Assembly (NCBI GenBank): GCA_002269645.1
Contig: NIVC01000260.1
Span: 659,171 to 723,170, forward strand
Reading direction: 5' to 3'
Source: Macrostomum lignano
Lineage: Eukaryota
Length of the DNA: 64,000 nucleotides
Shown here: piece after piece, positions 24,791-36,344 of the stretch
Numbering within the stretch: position 1 is the stretch's first letter
How the letters are laid out: the number at the start of each line of letters is the position of its first letter
The notes under the pieces: generated by a model
Database searches by the model: none
The model's input: only the letters and a program-made list of their open reading frames with translations
Told to the model about the DNA's origin: nothing
Made by a program: the position numbers and the translations under genes

Positions 24791-25525
24791 TACGCAGATA
24801 CATGTAAGATGGACTGACTGCAAAAACCGACATGGAAATATTCGCAGCCTTTATTGCTAAAATTTGAGCGAATGCTATTAATCCTGGAGCGGAAAACCCT
24901 GGTCAGGCTGCATGAAAATAGGCAGCTGAAACCGGAGCTTAAATGTCAATATATGAACCTGAAATAAGTTAATAACATTCGCATTGTACGAGCGTATTTC
25001 TCCCATCAGTCCATCTGCATAGACAAACAAATCGCCTTCGGAATTCTGAGCAGGCAAGCAGGACCGCCCCAGTTCAGCTCTAAATGCAAATGGAAAACTG
25101 AGCATGCTGCTCACTCACTCTACGTGCCTTGGGAGGTTGGACGCCATTGGCCGAAAGCAGGCACGGCAATCTTCAGTTTTTTATTTTCTTTCAGACACTT
25201 TTTACTAGTAGTTATTATCAATTCTCAGAAAAACAAGCCAAGCAGTTCGCAGATCAAGTGAAGCAAAAGCTTCTGAAACTTGCTTGCTTGTGGGAGCACC
25301 AGAATTTACTAGTAACTCCTCAAGCTGCGACAGACCTCGAATTGAATTGTTGAACTTCCGGTCTTAAACTATTGAACGATGTTCAGGCATCAGCTTTGTG
25401 AGTAGTAGCGTTTACAGGCAATCTGCAAATGTACAGTAACTCTGACTGTCAAATTTATATTGAACAGCTTGCGAATAAGTTTAGCCACACAGAAATATTA
25501 CTGAACAAGCCCATCAACACTGCAG

Positions 25526-26059
25526 GTGATGATGGGGCACACAAAGGCTGTTCAGTTTCTAATTGTCTGTGCGCTTGTTTTTCTGCTCGGCTCGCATCTG
25601 TACAGTCTGGCATCGGGATCTGGAATAAAATATAGCCCTAGCAACATCCGGGTCTCGAAATCTAAAGCGTTTGGGGCCTCTTCGATAATTGTCAAAGCGA
25701 CTGGCTCCCAAACCTCTGGTGTCAGAGCGACTGGCTCCCAAGCCTCTGGTGTCAGAGCGACTGGCTCCCAAGCCTCTGGTGTCAGAGCGACTGGCTCCCA
25801 AGCCTCTGGTGTCAGAGCGACTGGCTCCCAAGCCTCTGGTGTCAGAGCGACTGGCTCCCAAGCCTCTGGTGTCAAAGCTTCTGCAAACCACACCTTTGCC
25901 AACAAAGCCTCACTAAAGGCCGCTGAAAGCTCCCAAATCACCCAATTTCCAAAAGCCGCCCAGACCGCAGCAGCGGACAGTCCTTTACGATCAGGCGTCC
26001 CAACAAAGCGAGCAACGCAAAAAACGACCTGCTTCAAAGTGAAATTTTTGCAAAAGGCG
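25526..26059 (+). CDS. Putative FkbM-like methyltransferase gene, exon 1: N-terminal TM/signal anchor plus Ser/Thr-rich stem with a 30-bp coding repeat (VRATGSQASG x about 6)
   Basis: Hydrophobic FLIVCALVFLL segment; donor GCG|GTGAGT at 26060 in phase 0. The link to the downstream exon is inferred. Confidence 0.55.
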
Positions 26060-26434
26060 GTGAGTTTCAGGTGGTGCGTTACTCGTGGCGAGGACCAATA
26101 GACTTTAAAATATGATCGTATTGGTGAAAATATTTAATAGGAACACGTCGTGCTCAAGCGACTCAAAGCTCTTTCATTTCAAAGTGAAGATTTTCAAAAA
26201 GCTTCATGGCTTGCGAGCAGCTTTAAAAGAGCTCCACTTGAAAGATCCATGCTTTTTTAAATTGCAAACTACGAGGTAAACCAGCTGGCTATGTTGTGGC
26301 TAGACACCACAAATTAGGGGTCGAGAGACTTTTTTACGTCAGCGAGCCTGATTGCAATCTTCACAAGGACAACCCAAGTAACATATACAGGACGCAACAC
26401 TCGAAATCGATGGTAAATGTTTTGAAGGCAACTT

Positions 26435-26650
26435 TTCGCCGAAAAATACACTAGAGAGATGGGAGGTTTTAATTTTCTTCTGCACAAAAATTGTTATTGC
26501 TTTCGATAGGAGGCAGATCCAGTGTTTATCTTTTGATATGTTGTGCCTTTCTTATTGCTCTATCGATATTTATAGAGCTTTTTGTTCAGAAATAGTTTTA
26601 AAGGCAGGTTTCACCGGAAAAATACACTACGGAGATAGGAATTTCACGAT
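26435..26650 (+). repeat. Dispersed repeat shared with 62445-62615
   Basis: GAAAAATACACTA..GAGAT.GG..GCACAAAAATTGTTATTGCTTT.GATAGGAGGCA.ATCCAGTG is shared. Confidence 0.75.
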
Positions 26651-27217
26651 TTTCAACACTAAAACAGTGATTGGGTCTCTCAACAGTGTCAGAGAAAGTT
26701 CTAATCACACTATTTTGTCCCTCACATGCTGCTCTAACGACGCATTAATCGATTTTTCATGTTAAATTGGTCTGTTCACTTGAAAAAACGTTTAAAATAA
26801 TGACAAGACCTGAGATGAATGTCCTTGTATCTTCATAGCAGCATAACCCTGCTCAAGTGAGCTGAAATCTTGCCAATAAAACCGCTCGAAGCCAGCTCAC
26901 TCGTCGCGAATGGGCGTTGACACCTTCCGGCTGTATCCGGATGCCCGTAGCACCCTGCGACTGAGTTAAGTCAGTTTTTTTAAGCTGGCTTTTCTCTGAA
27001 AGGTAAAAACATTTTGAAGACGATTAGGTAATTCTTTTGTAGTTCAGCTGTTAGTTACGCATCTCTGTTTTAAACGCATTCAAAACAACTCTCGACACAA
27101 AGTCAGATTTTGGTGCACAAAGCTTTCAAGCGTAGAAATTCGATCAGATGTGCATCAAGAGTGCACGCGTACCCTTCAGACACCCCCCTCACCGCAATTC
27201 AATTTTGAATTCTGCAG

Positions 27218-27714
27218 CACTCCATCCGCCTCTTCGCCTCGGTGGCAGCGAACGGCTTTCAGGACAGAGTGCGGGTGTACTGGAACGCCCTTGATCTGAA
27301 GAGCAACCTCAAGATGAACATGCTCCTGCCCAGCGATTGTAACATTGGAGGTGGCGGCCTCGCGAGCAAAGGCGACTCCAGGATAGCTGATTCGATCGAC
27401 GTGCGAACGGCTGCTTCTCCGGCGTTAGCGAGCTCGTTGTGAAGGTCGACATGGAATCTCAGGAGTGGCTGGTCAAAGCTACCGGTGCCAAAGTCTTCAA
27501 GCGCTTCAAAGTGTCCGTGCTCATGATGGAGTGGGTGGGCACGCAGCGACACCACTCGGATAAAGCTCCCGGCATCATCGACTTCTACAAGTCCCACGGC
27601 CTGCGGCCGCATACCCTGAATGGCAACCGGTTGGTGCGACTGGGCGAGGACTTTAAGTCGTGGCCGTGGGACATCTTCTGGGCAACGAAGGAGTTCGCAG
27701 CCAAGAAAATCTGA
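27218..27714 (+). pseudogene. FkbM (Methyltransf_21)-like catalytic exon, frameshifted near 27395-27440
   Basis: SVAANGFQDRVRVYWNAL..CNIGG..VVKVDMESQEW..VLMMEW resembles FkbM motifs (N..+.V..NAL; KxDxEGxE; MEW). The two halves are in different frames, and SAM motif I (DxGANxG) was not found. Confidence 0.6.
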
Positions 27715-28077
27715 AGGTCCTTCTTTGAATGCTCGAACTCTTTGCATTACTATTTTTTACATTGGCTGTTATAGAATATCAACTAATACTCATAAAATCT
27801 ACTTTAGTAAGTGTACTGACTCAGACTACACTTACTAAAGTGAGTGAGTGAGTAATTACTGACTAACAATCTGCGCAATGATCAATTCTAAATTGCTCAA
27901 TCTTCAATTCTCAAATAAAATCGGTTATGGCGTAATTAATTTCTCAGTGAGCCAGTATCGTCTCCAATAAAGTTTAGACTTATTAACCTTACATGTAGGA
28001 TCACCCAAATCTAAAACATAAAAGAATCATAAACCATAAAAACGTCATGTCAAACATAAAGAACCGTCATGTCAGTA

Positions 28078-28182
28078 GTACATGAAACTCAGTAGTATAT
28101 GAAACTCAGTAGTATATGAAACTCAGTAGTATATGAAACTCAGTAGTATATGAAACTCAGTAGTATATGAAACTCAGTAGTA
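28078..28182. repeat. 17-bp tandem repeat (GTAGTATATGAAACTCA)n
   Basis: Visible period-17 units. Confidence 0.9.
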
Positions 28183-28782
28183 GTTAGGGCATTATTATAT
28201 TTAAGTTTTATACAAAGACTATTTTACACAAATTAACAAAATTAGCAAGTTTACAAATATTCAGACAGCATTCTTACGTCGCAGAACAAAATGACAGGAG
28301 TGTCCTCCGTCACACAGGCAGCTCAAAACTTCGTCTGCAGTAGAAGCGATGGAACCGAGTCCCCATTCACAAACACTGCACCAATACTGCTCAAGTTTGC
28401 ATGCTCTCAAGTTACGCGGATTTGTGTCCATGTTACCAGTCGTTGAATGCTTTGTTGCTTACGATTGCCAACAAGTAAAGACATGGTGACACCACTAGGA
28501 AACAAATTTTTGTGCGTGTGACCAGACGATCCTCGGGTATAGTACTGTAAATGTACAAAGGCATTTGCATTAAACTTGCATTGCATTGTGAATTGTGAAT
28601 TTTTAGTCCATGAAGACATTTGCAGGGCACCTGGCGTGAAATCAGGTGATATTTTTCGACATGACATTCTAGATGATTATTCCATCTTAGCTACTGTTAA
28701 TAGTCACTGAATTTATAATTTAGTCCTCAGGCTCTAAACAAAGGAGAGCCAATAGGATATGGTGAAAAGAATTGCTAGCAGT

Positions 28783-29489
28783 ATGAATCAGAGCTTTGTG
28801 CCCTCTGGTATTGCTGCTTCTGGGCTGCTTGAGCAGTTGCGAGTTGCTGTTGGTGCGGACCCAGTCCTGCCCCAGCCCATTCAGCATCGAGTTTGGCCAA
28901 TGCCGTGTTCTTGAGCACAGAGAATCGGCGATGCGCATCGATCGGTGGCGAGCTGCTCAACTCGCACAGCTAGCTGGCTCTGCTACTGCCGACACTCGCC
29001 TGCGACTGCTGGGTCTGGCTCGGAGTGTCCGACCTGGCCGATGAGCGAAACACGAGCAGGTCTGACTGGCAGCTGGCCAGTTTCAACGGCATCCTGCCGC
29101 TGGACAATTCGCTGTGGGCATCGGCTGAGCCTGATAACCAAGACGGCAACCAGGACTGCGTTGCTGTGTTGTCTTCTTCAAGTTCTGAATCTGGCTGGGT
29201 TAGTCTGAGAGTTTGTCGATAAAGCAACACTGAGGTCTCCGTCAGGCCAACTGTGGCAGCGGACTCCGTTCAAGCGCAGCGTAACCCCAGCTCCGAGTTC
29301 TGCCACGCTGACCTGCTGCAGGTGAAGAACGCAATGCACTGCGTGACAGCTGGCATGCGTGCGGCCAGCTGCAGACACGTGCTGTACAACAGCAAGCTGA
29401 GAGCCTGCCGCCTGCTGCTGTTCACCGACGCTCAGGTGGAGGCGGATATCGAGACGAGCGCCGACTGGGTCAAGTTCGGCTTGCACTGA
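28783..29489 (+). pseudogene. CTL-PAN family copy B, disrupted (internal deletion, frameshifts, in-frame TAG at 28971)
   Basis: Homologous blocks CPSPF, CASIGGELLNSHS*, WLGVSDLADER, EPDNQDGNQDC, and EFVD in another frame; intact conserved tail. Confidence 0.85.
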
Positions 29490-30869
29490 GCAGTCATGAG
29501 TCACTTCTGAGTACTGATGGCTGATCTCAGCAATGAAGGACACAGGAAATTTTAAAAAGCAAATTGATAAACAATTGATATCTGAGTTAGTAGTGGAGCA
29601 GTGCCTGATCTTCTTAATTTATTGTTTGTAGGCTAAGGTCAATCATTTACGAGTGCTTAAGAGCTGAGACAGTATCCGTTGGCGAAGCCTGTTTTTAAAG
29701 GTCTGAATCTTCGTTGGAGTAAAACGCATTTTTCATTGCTTTTTGTAAGGCCGTTTCAGTCATCTGGACGCTCTGATATGCCAGCGGCCCAGGCTCGATT
29801 CACGAATTGGAAGAATTGCAAAGCTTAGCAAGCATCTGTTCATCAGCGATTCAATATTTATCCGACTCTTGCTTCAATATCCACCAAGCAATGCAGTTGT
29901 CTTTCCAGTGTAAATACCCGCGAATAGCCGACGAACATGTCTGGGTCTGGTCTACGCTCGTAGTGCTTGTCAGGACTGGCCTTTCCGGAACAAAATGGTC
30001 AAAGCTTTGATGTTCCACTCTAAATGTTAGCAGCTCACAGAGAAAAGGAAGAACAATCTGAATCTTTTAAAATACCAAAAAAGAAGAGAAAATCATAGCA
30101 GTTTTTGCTGCTCTACTTTGGCTGCTCAAACAACGCAGCGATGCCTCAGTCAGGAATGTCCTTTCTATGATTTGACCATGAAAGATGTGATTCGAGAGAA
30201 AAGGGCCAAATGTATTTTGAATGAAGCTGCTACATCTCGGACTGTTTTTTATACCTTCGATTCACTGCCGAGCAGCATTTTGCCAAGCAATACTTACCAA
30301 GAGGAGTTCAACTCCCACTTTGCACTGCTACAGCCCGAATACCTATGCCTGTGTGAGACAGCTTAATGGTTAGAGTTGGGCTGACATTTTTCCTATTCAA
30401 AAAGTGGCTAATACATTTTGCTCCCCTCATGAACAGTCAGATATAAGCAATACGAGCTATACTTATTGCTCCTCGATTGCAGCTGCTCCTTATTTGAACA
30501 AGGCTAAGCATTGCAGATGAGAAACGCTAGCAGCTAGCTTCTTGAGACGAGAAATGCTTGTGTAAAACTAACAATCAACAGGTGCGATAGTTTAGTGTGG
30601 TTATTGGAGGCTGAAGAGAGAGTTTGAAATACTTTGCAAAAAGAAAAATAGCAAACTAGACTTTCTCCAATTGCAGCCGCTGGTGATATCATGCAAGAAT
30701 AAAGGAGGATGAAGCATAATTAAACAAACAATGTGTTGAATGCGATCGCACATAAGGTTTGAGATATATCGCACATAAGTACTGATTATTTTACTCATTG
30801 ATTCAAATGATACGATTTCCCGCAGTTCACTTGACACTAATAGATTTAGACAGCAATTCGTAACACTAA

Positions 30870-32400
30870 TAAGCACTGATTGACACCCCCATTCCGCTGG
30901 CCCCTGGCGACCAAGGACTTCAATCAAAGCGATGTCGCTCAGGGGAACCCGACGGCCTCGCCTGCAGCGCGGTTCTCCTCACCGGCGATGAGGAAGATCT
31001 CAGCTCGTCCCGTGTCCCCGAGGTACCGGGCGAGCAACGGGATGCTTTCGGGCCTGCAAACGTCGGGGAGAACCAGGGTTTCGGGCCGAGGTGAGTGAGC
31101 AGATAAAGTTTCATTGCCTGAGCGGCAGAAAGGGCACCAGCCTCAGGTACCTGGCCTTGAAGGAAGCGGTGGCGAGAGAAGCAGCCATGCCCTGAGAGGG
31201 AAATGCAAACTGCTCTGAGGTCTCTGCGGTCAAGCCTAAGGAGGGCTCTGCGCAGGAGGGGAGAGGGACATCCCGGCAGCACGGGATTGCCTGCAATTCC
31301 GGGTGTCGTGCCACCTGCGGAGAGGCTCGGAATCAGCCCAGCGCTTAACGCGAGAGTTGATCACCGAGGCGGGGATGGGGTCCCTGGGCCCCGGCCCCAG
31401 CAACGCGCCGGCGGAGCCAGCCTTGGCCAGCAAGTCAGCGCGCTCGTTGCCGAGGAAACCAGCGTGACCCGGGATCCATCTGAGCCCCATCTGATTGCCA
31501 AGCGCCAGCCCATTGAACTGGGCATTGTAGTCCAGGACAGATTTTGGGTTGGTGGTGCTGCGGCAGAGGGCCCGAAGGGCTGCTTGGCTGTCAGAGTGAA
31601 AAATCTTTGATGTTCCGCTGAGCGCTGAGCTGCCTTCGGCGCAGCTCTGCCGAACAGGAGCTGGCTCAGGAGAAGGGCGGCTGGGATCGACTCCATGAGA
31701 ATGTTGAGCCCGCCACACTCCTCGAGAGTCTTAAGGCAGAGGTCAGAGTGCGGGATAAGGGACCGTTTCTTAAAGACCCGCACCTTTTTTAACGCCTTCC
31801 CGACATACAGAAGGCGCCGGGTGCTCTTCACCCGCTTCTTCTTTGATATAAATATCCAGAGGAGGGGCACAGAGGAAGGCATTCATGCACTCAAAAGGAG
31901 CAGAGGGTGGAGCGCCCATAGTCATTTGGCAGGCTCTGCCCTGGATTTTGTAGAGAGCGTCGAGGTTACTCTTGACCCTCAGGCGGCTAGCCCAACTTGA
32001 GAATGAGATCACGAAAGGTCGCTGCAAAGCAACTCATGACCATGTTCCAGAGACCGGGGTATGAACCCCGCCCTGAGGGCCCCTTTTCTGGACAGGCGAA
32101 GTTTGACAGTGCGGTTCCGGGCCATGAACATCATCCACAAGGTGAGGGTGAGTGGCTTTGGAATCCAGTGCTCTGCCAAAGGCCTCAAAGATGACATTCA
32201 GATAAGAAACTTCTCTCGGTCGCGGATAAGAACCGAGCCATCAGGTCTCTTCACCACAGAGAGTTTAGAAAACGCGGTCCGTTCGTGAGAGCCTTTACCA
32301 CGCAGGCTACGGGAAGGAGAGGAGAGGGGAGAGGAGAGATCGGAGAGTGATAGAGACAAGGATGGAGACAGTGTTTCGAATTCGAAGAGTTGTTGATTTG
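30870..32400 (-). mobile_element. Decayed non-LTR retrotransposon (RT thumb + RNase H; I/R1-LOA-like group)
   Basis: KIQGRACQMTMGAPPSAP..PPLDIYIKEEA, then IFHSDSQAALRAL and LRWIPGHAGFLGNERADLLAKAG (RNase H); frameshifted, RT core absent. Confidence 0.85.
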
Positions 32401-33259
32401 ATTTAATAGCCAGAGAAATTTACTTGAGCTGCAGGATTTTCAGCCCACTACGAGTAAAATGGACGCATTGCCAATCCAAATAGCATTGTAGACAAACAGC
32501 AGCCCACTGACGGATGTGTGTTGACCGTCAATATGCTAGAGTTTAAACCCTGCTGTGGACTCTGGCGTCGACCTGAAACTGCGATAGACTTGATCGGCTT
32601 TAAAAAAAGTCAATAAAAATAAAACTTCATGCTTGGATGCATTAGGTAGTCAAATAAATGTAAAATCAAACCTATTAACAGCGGCTTATTGACATTGCAC
32701 ACGCAACTCTCTTCCAGAGCTCAGTTCCAGAGCAATTAAGATAGTTTTCCAGCGTTGCCATCCAAAATATCGAAATAAAATGAATGCAGCAAAGTCGAGA
32801 GAAGCAGAAAGCATCGTCACCTGAATTTACCAGACATCACTGCAGTGGAATCGCTAGCGACTTACAGACAGGAAAGCAACGAACAACAGAGAAGGCAAGA
32901 ATTAATGAGATACATGATTTTCAGTTTAAAGCGTAATCATAAACAACTGTCTAAGGACTCTGCACTCGTAATTTTGAGGTTTCTTTGCATTTATCAATAT
33001 CTCACCCTCTCTCCATCCGACTGGCAAGAGGGTTATCTATAACATAATCCACATACGTCAGCCGAACGTATATGTAGGTGAATATAAAAATACCCCTTTG
33101 TCAGTCGTAAAGTTGCCGGGGGTTGCCGCTCTCGAAGATACTTTTTCACAAAAATTTTCTCGAAAAAAGGACGCTTACTTGGCTAGAAATTCTGCAGTTT
33201 GAAATTGCTGATTCAGTGCTATCAAATTCAATGCTCAACCTGTTAACAGTAGGAATACC

Positions 33260-33935
33260 AAGCCATTATTCCGCCCGTCGAACTACCAAGGGGGGGGGGG
33301 AATTTCCCCTAAACAGAGCAACGCAGGCACACGAAATTCAAGAACACGGGCTAACTTTTTGTTGCGCACCTTCTCAAACATGAATCAAGTCGCCAGCCCT
33401 CCGGACCGTCGAGATATTCGACGATTCTGCCAGAAGGTCGGATTTTTCCCATAAGTGCTAGTGTATTCAGTACACCCCTGTGCGCCAATTAGCACTGCGC
33501 CTCAGTGCAGCCTTGCCCAGTCTCCAAATTTCATCAGCACGTCGACCACATGTGTCTGCATCAGTTCTGACTTTGTTGGTCACTGGCCTGCACCCAGGTG
33601 GAGCTTCTGGACCCTCAACAGCTGTGGCACCAGGTGACTATGGACACCCTGATGCGGATTTCTCTACGAGCTAGTTTCGCCGATCAAGCCTCGACAGTGG
33701 GCAAGAATCAACCGTCAGACATTCTCAGCTAGTCTCTCGAGCATTTCGTCATCACCTTGATGCCGTCGGCACCTTCAACAAATGACACCAGATGACTATG
33801 GGCACCCTGATGCTGATTTCTCTAGTTTCGCCGATCAAGCCTCGACAGTGGGCAAGCCTCAACTGCTGGACATCCTCAGCTAGTCTCTCGAGCATTCCGT
33901 CATCACCCCGACGCCATCGGCACCTTCAACAGCTG
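33260..33935 (+). mobile_element. Repeat-family X element, left arm of a 1.27-kb tail-to-tail palindrome
   Basis: Begins CGTCGAACTACCAAGGGG; near-identical to the reverse complement of 33930-34535 and to 45525-46815. Confidence 0.8.
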
Positions 33936-34535
33936 TGGAGCTTCAGAAATGTTAAGCGCATTATGAAAAATCACGCTCAGGTGTCCTTACTCACCTGGTG
34001 TCACCTGTTGAAGGTGCCGACGGCGTCGGGGTGATGGCTGAATGCTTAACTGACTAGCTGAGGATGTCCAGCAGTTAATTTTTGCCCACTGTCAAGGCTT
34101 GATCGGCGAAACTAGCTCGTAGAGAAATCCGCATCAGGGTGTCCATAGTCACCTGGTGCCACAGCTGTTGAGGGTCCAGAAGCTCCACCTGGGTGCAGGC
34201 CAGTGACCAACGAAGTCAGAACTGATGCAGACACATGTGGTCGACGTGCTGATGAAATTTGGAGACTGGGCAAGGCTGCACTGAGGCGCAGTGCTAATTG
34301 GCGCACAGGGGTGTACTGAATACACTGGCGCTTATGGGAAAAATCCGACCTTCTGGCAGAATCGTCGAATATCTCGACGGTCCGGAGGGCTGGTGACTTG
34401 ATTCTTGTTTGAGAAGGTGCGCAACAAAAAGTTAGCCCGTGTTCTTGAATTTCGTGTGCCTGCGTTGCTCCGTTCCGGCGCAGCAAAAAAAATTGTCAGG
34501 GGGGGGGAATTTCCCCACCCCCTTGGTAGTTCTAC
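33930..34535 (-). mobile_element. Repeat-family X element, right arm (inverted copy)
   Basis: Ends CCTTGGTAGTTCTACG; colinear with the 45525-46815 copy up to GAAGCTC. Confidence 0.8.
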
Positions 34536-34630
34536 GAGCTACTGTTAATGTGCTCTAAGGTGATTCAGTCGGTTCTATATATGAAGATAATATTCCAGAG
34601 ACAATTATTTTAGACTCAAAGCATCGCCAA

Positions 34631-35347
34631 ATGCTTGTGCTGCTGCTGCTGCTGCTGAGCTGCCAGCTGCTGCAGTCGCAGGCCCTGCCGTGTCCCGCAC
34701 CGTTCACCATGCAGGCCGGTCTGTGCCTGTTCGTGAGCACAGCTCACAGCCACAGCTGGTGCTCAGCCAATCGGCAGTGCGCATCGATCGGAGGCGAGCT
34801 CGTTAACTCGCACAGCTCCATCCTGACACTGAATCGCAGCGGCATCAGCTCATCCTGCAGCTGCCAGCTGTGGATCGGACTGAGCGACCTGGCCGATGAG
34901 AGAGGCAACAAGAGAGCCGGCTGGCAGAGGGTCAACGGAAACGGCTTCGCTGACCCTCCCTTTGATCTGTTTTACGAATACGAGCCGTCAGGATATGACG
35001 AAAACTGCATTCGAATGGACCATCTGGGGCTGCTCAGAGACGCCAACTGCAGCCATAACTATGGATTCGCTTGCGAGTACAAGGACCCCTCTGCTTACCG
35101 GAAGCTTGCCAATTGGAAGAAGGTGTCGTTCAAGAGAGCCACCTACAACACCGAGTACTGCTTCACCGATGTGCCGAATGTGAGCAGCGCCATGAGGTGC
35201 ATTGCAGCCGCTATGAGTGACGCCAGCTGCAGACACGTGCTGTACAACAGCAAGCTGAGAGCCTGCCGCCTGCTGCTGTTCACCGACGCTCAGGTGGAGG
35301 CGGAGATCGAGACGAGCGCCGACTGGGTCAAGTTCCGACTGCTCTGA
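34631..35347 (+). CDS. Secreted C-type lectin + PAN/apple-like protein, copy C (238 aa, intronless)
   Basis: Signal peptide, CTLD cysteine pattern with WIGL and an EPS-type loop, conserved tail. Confidence 0.9.
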   Translation: MLVLLLLLLSCQLLQSQALPCPAPFTMQAGLCLFVSTAHSHSWCSANRQCASIGGELVNSHSSILTLNRSGISSSCSCQLWIGLSDLADERGNKRAGWQRVNGNGFADPPFDLFYEYEPSGYDENCIRMDHLGLLRDANCSHNYGFACEYKDPSAYRKLANWKKVSFKRATYNTEYCFTDVPNVSSAMRCIAAAMSDASCRHVLYNSKLRACRLLLFTDAQVEAEIETSADWVKFRLL

Positions 35348-35940
35348 TTCGAATGGAAAGAATAACACAGATTTTAAGAAAATGAAAGAAAAGTTACGCT
35401 AAAGTTTCTAACTCTGTTGTCGCAATTTTTATCCAGAAGGAATTCGCTTTGAATGGAATCTGAGCTTTATAAACTATTTCTGCAAAACTTGAGAAACAAT
35501 TGAGTAAATTTCGAACATCTAAATACACAATGGCATTCCAAAAATGCATATTTTTTAGCGTTGATAAATTCATTTTTGCTAGGAACAATAATCATAGCCT
35601 AGAAATAAAATTTGCAAGTTGCCCAGACTTGCTTTGCTAGTAGTTACGATCTGGTTTATAGATTTTTTCGAATCCATAATGCTACGGTAACGAGCTGCAG
35701 TTTAGCAGGTAAGGGGGCACAGCTCAGGGAGAAAGCGGTGAGGCAAACCAGCCAACTCCAAGTAAAACGCATCGCATCTTAAAAGCATCGCATAAAAATT
35801 GTTAAAACGATTATATATAGATATACATGTAGCAAAGATTTAGCAATGAAGAGGCAAAAACAGTCGAGTGAGGCGCAGCAACGAAAGGCGCCCCCAGATC
35901 GGTCGACGTTCTTCCATCGTTTATTGTTGCAACTAATAAA

Positions 35941-36325
35941 CAGTAGAACTAGCAAGAGAGACTGCGCCGGCACACACACACCTAAAGCAAGAATCAAGTC
36001 GCAAACCCATGCACCGTCGAGATATTCAACGATTCTGCCAGAAGGTCGGGTTTCTCCCATAGGCGCCAGTGTATTCAGTACACCCCTGTGCGCCAATCAG
36101 TACTGCGTGGCCTCAGTGCAGCCTTGCCAAGCCTCCAAATTTTATCAGCACGTTGACCATATAAGCTACGTGCCTGCATCAGCTCTGGCTTCGTTGGTCG
36201 GAGCTTCTGGACCTTCAGCAGGTGGCACCAGGTGACTATGGACACCCTGTTGCGAATTTCTCTGGTTTCGCTGATCAAGCCACTGGGCAAAAATCAACTG
36301 CTGGACATCCTCAGCCAGTCTCTCA
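35941..36325 (+). mobile_element. Diverged partial copy of repeat family X
   Basis: Starts CAGTAGAACTAGCAAG; shares CCGTCGAGATATTC..GCCAGAAGGTCGG..CACCAGGTGACTATGGACAC. Confidence 0.75.
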
Positions 36326-36344
36326 AGAATTCAGTAGTCATCCA

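Noticed and set aside
26890-26970. MGVDTFRLYPDA as the missing FkbM motif-I exon
   Set aside because: No DxGANxG follows and there are no clear splice sites; similarity may be chance
34112-34486. ORFs inside repeat family X (e.g. 124 aa) as a transposase or THAP gene
   Set aside because: Reading frames are not conserved between copies and there are no recognisable catalytic motifs
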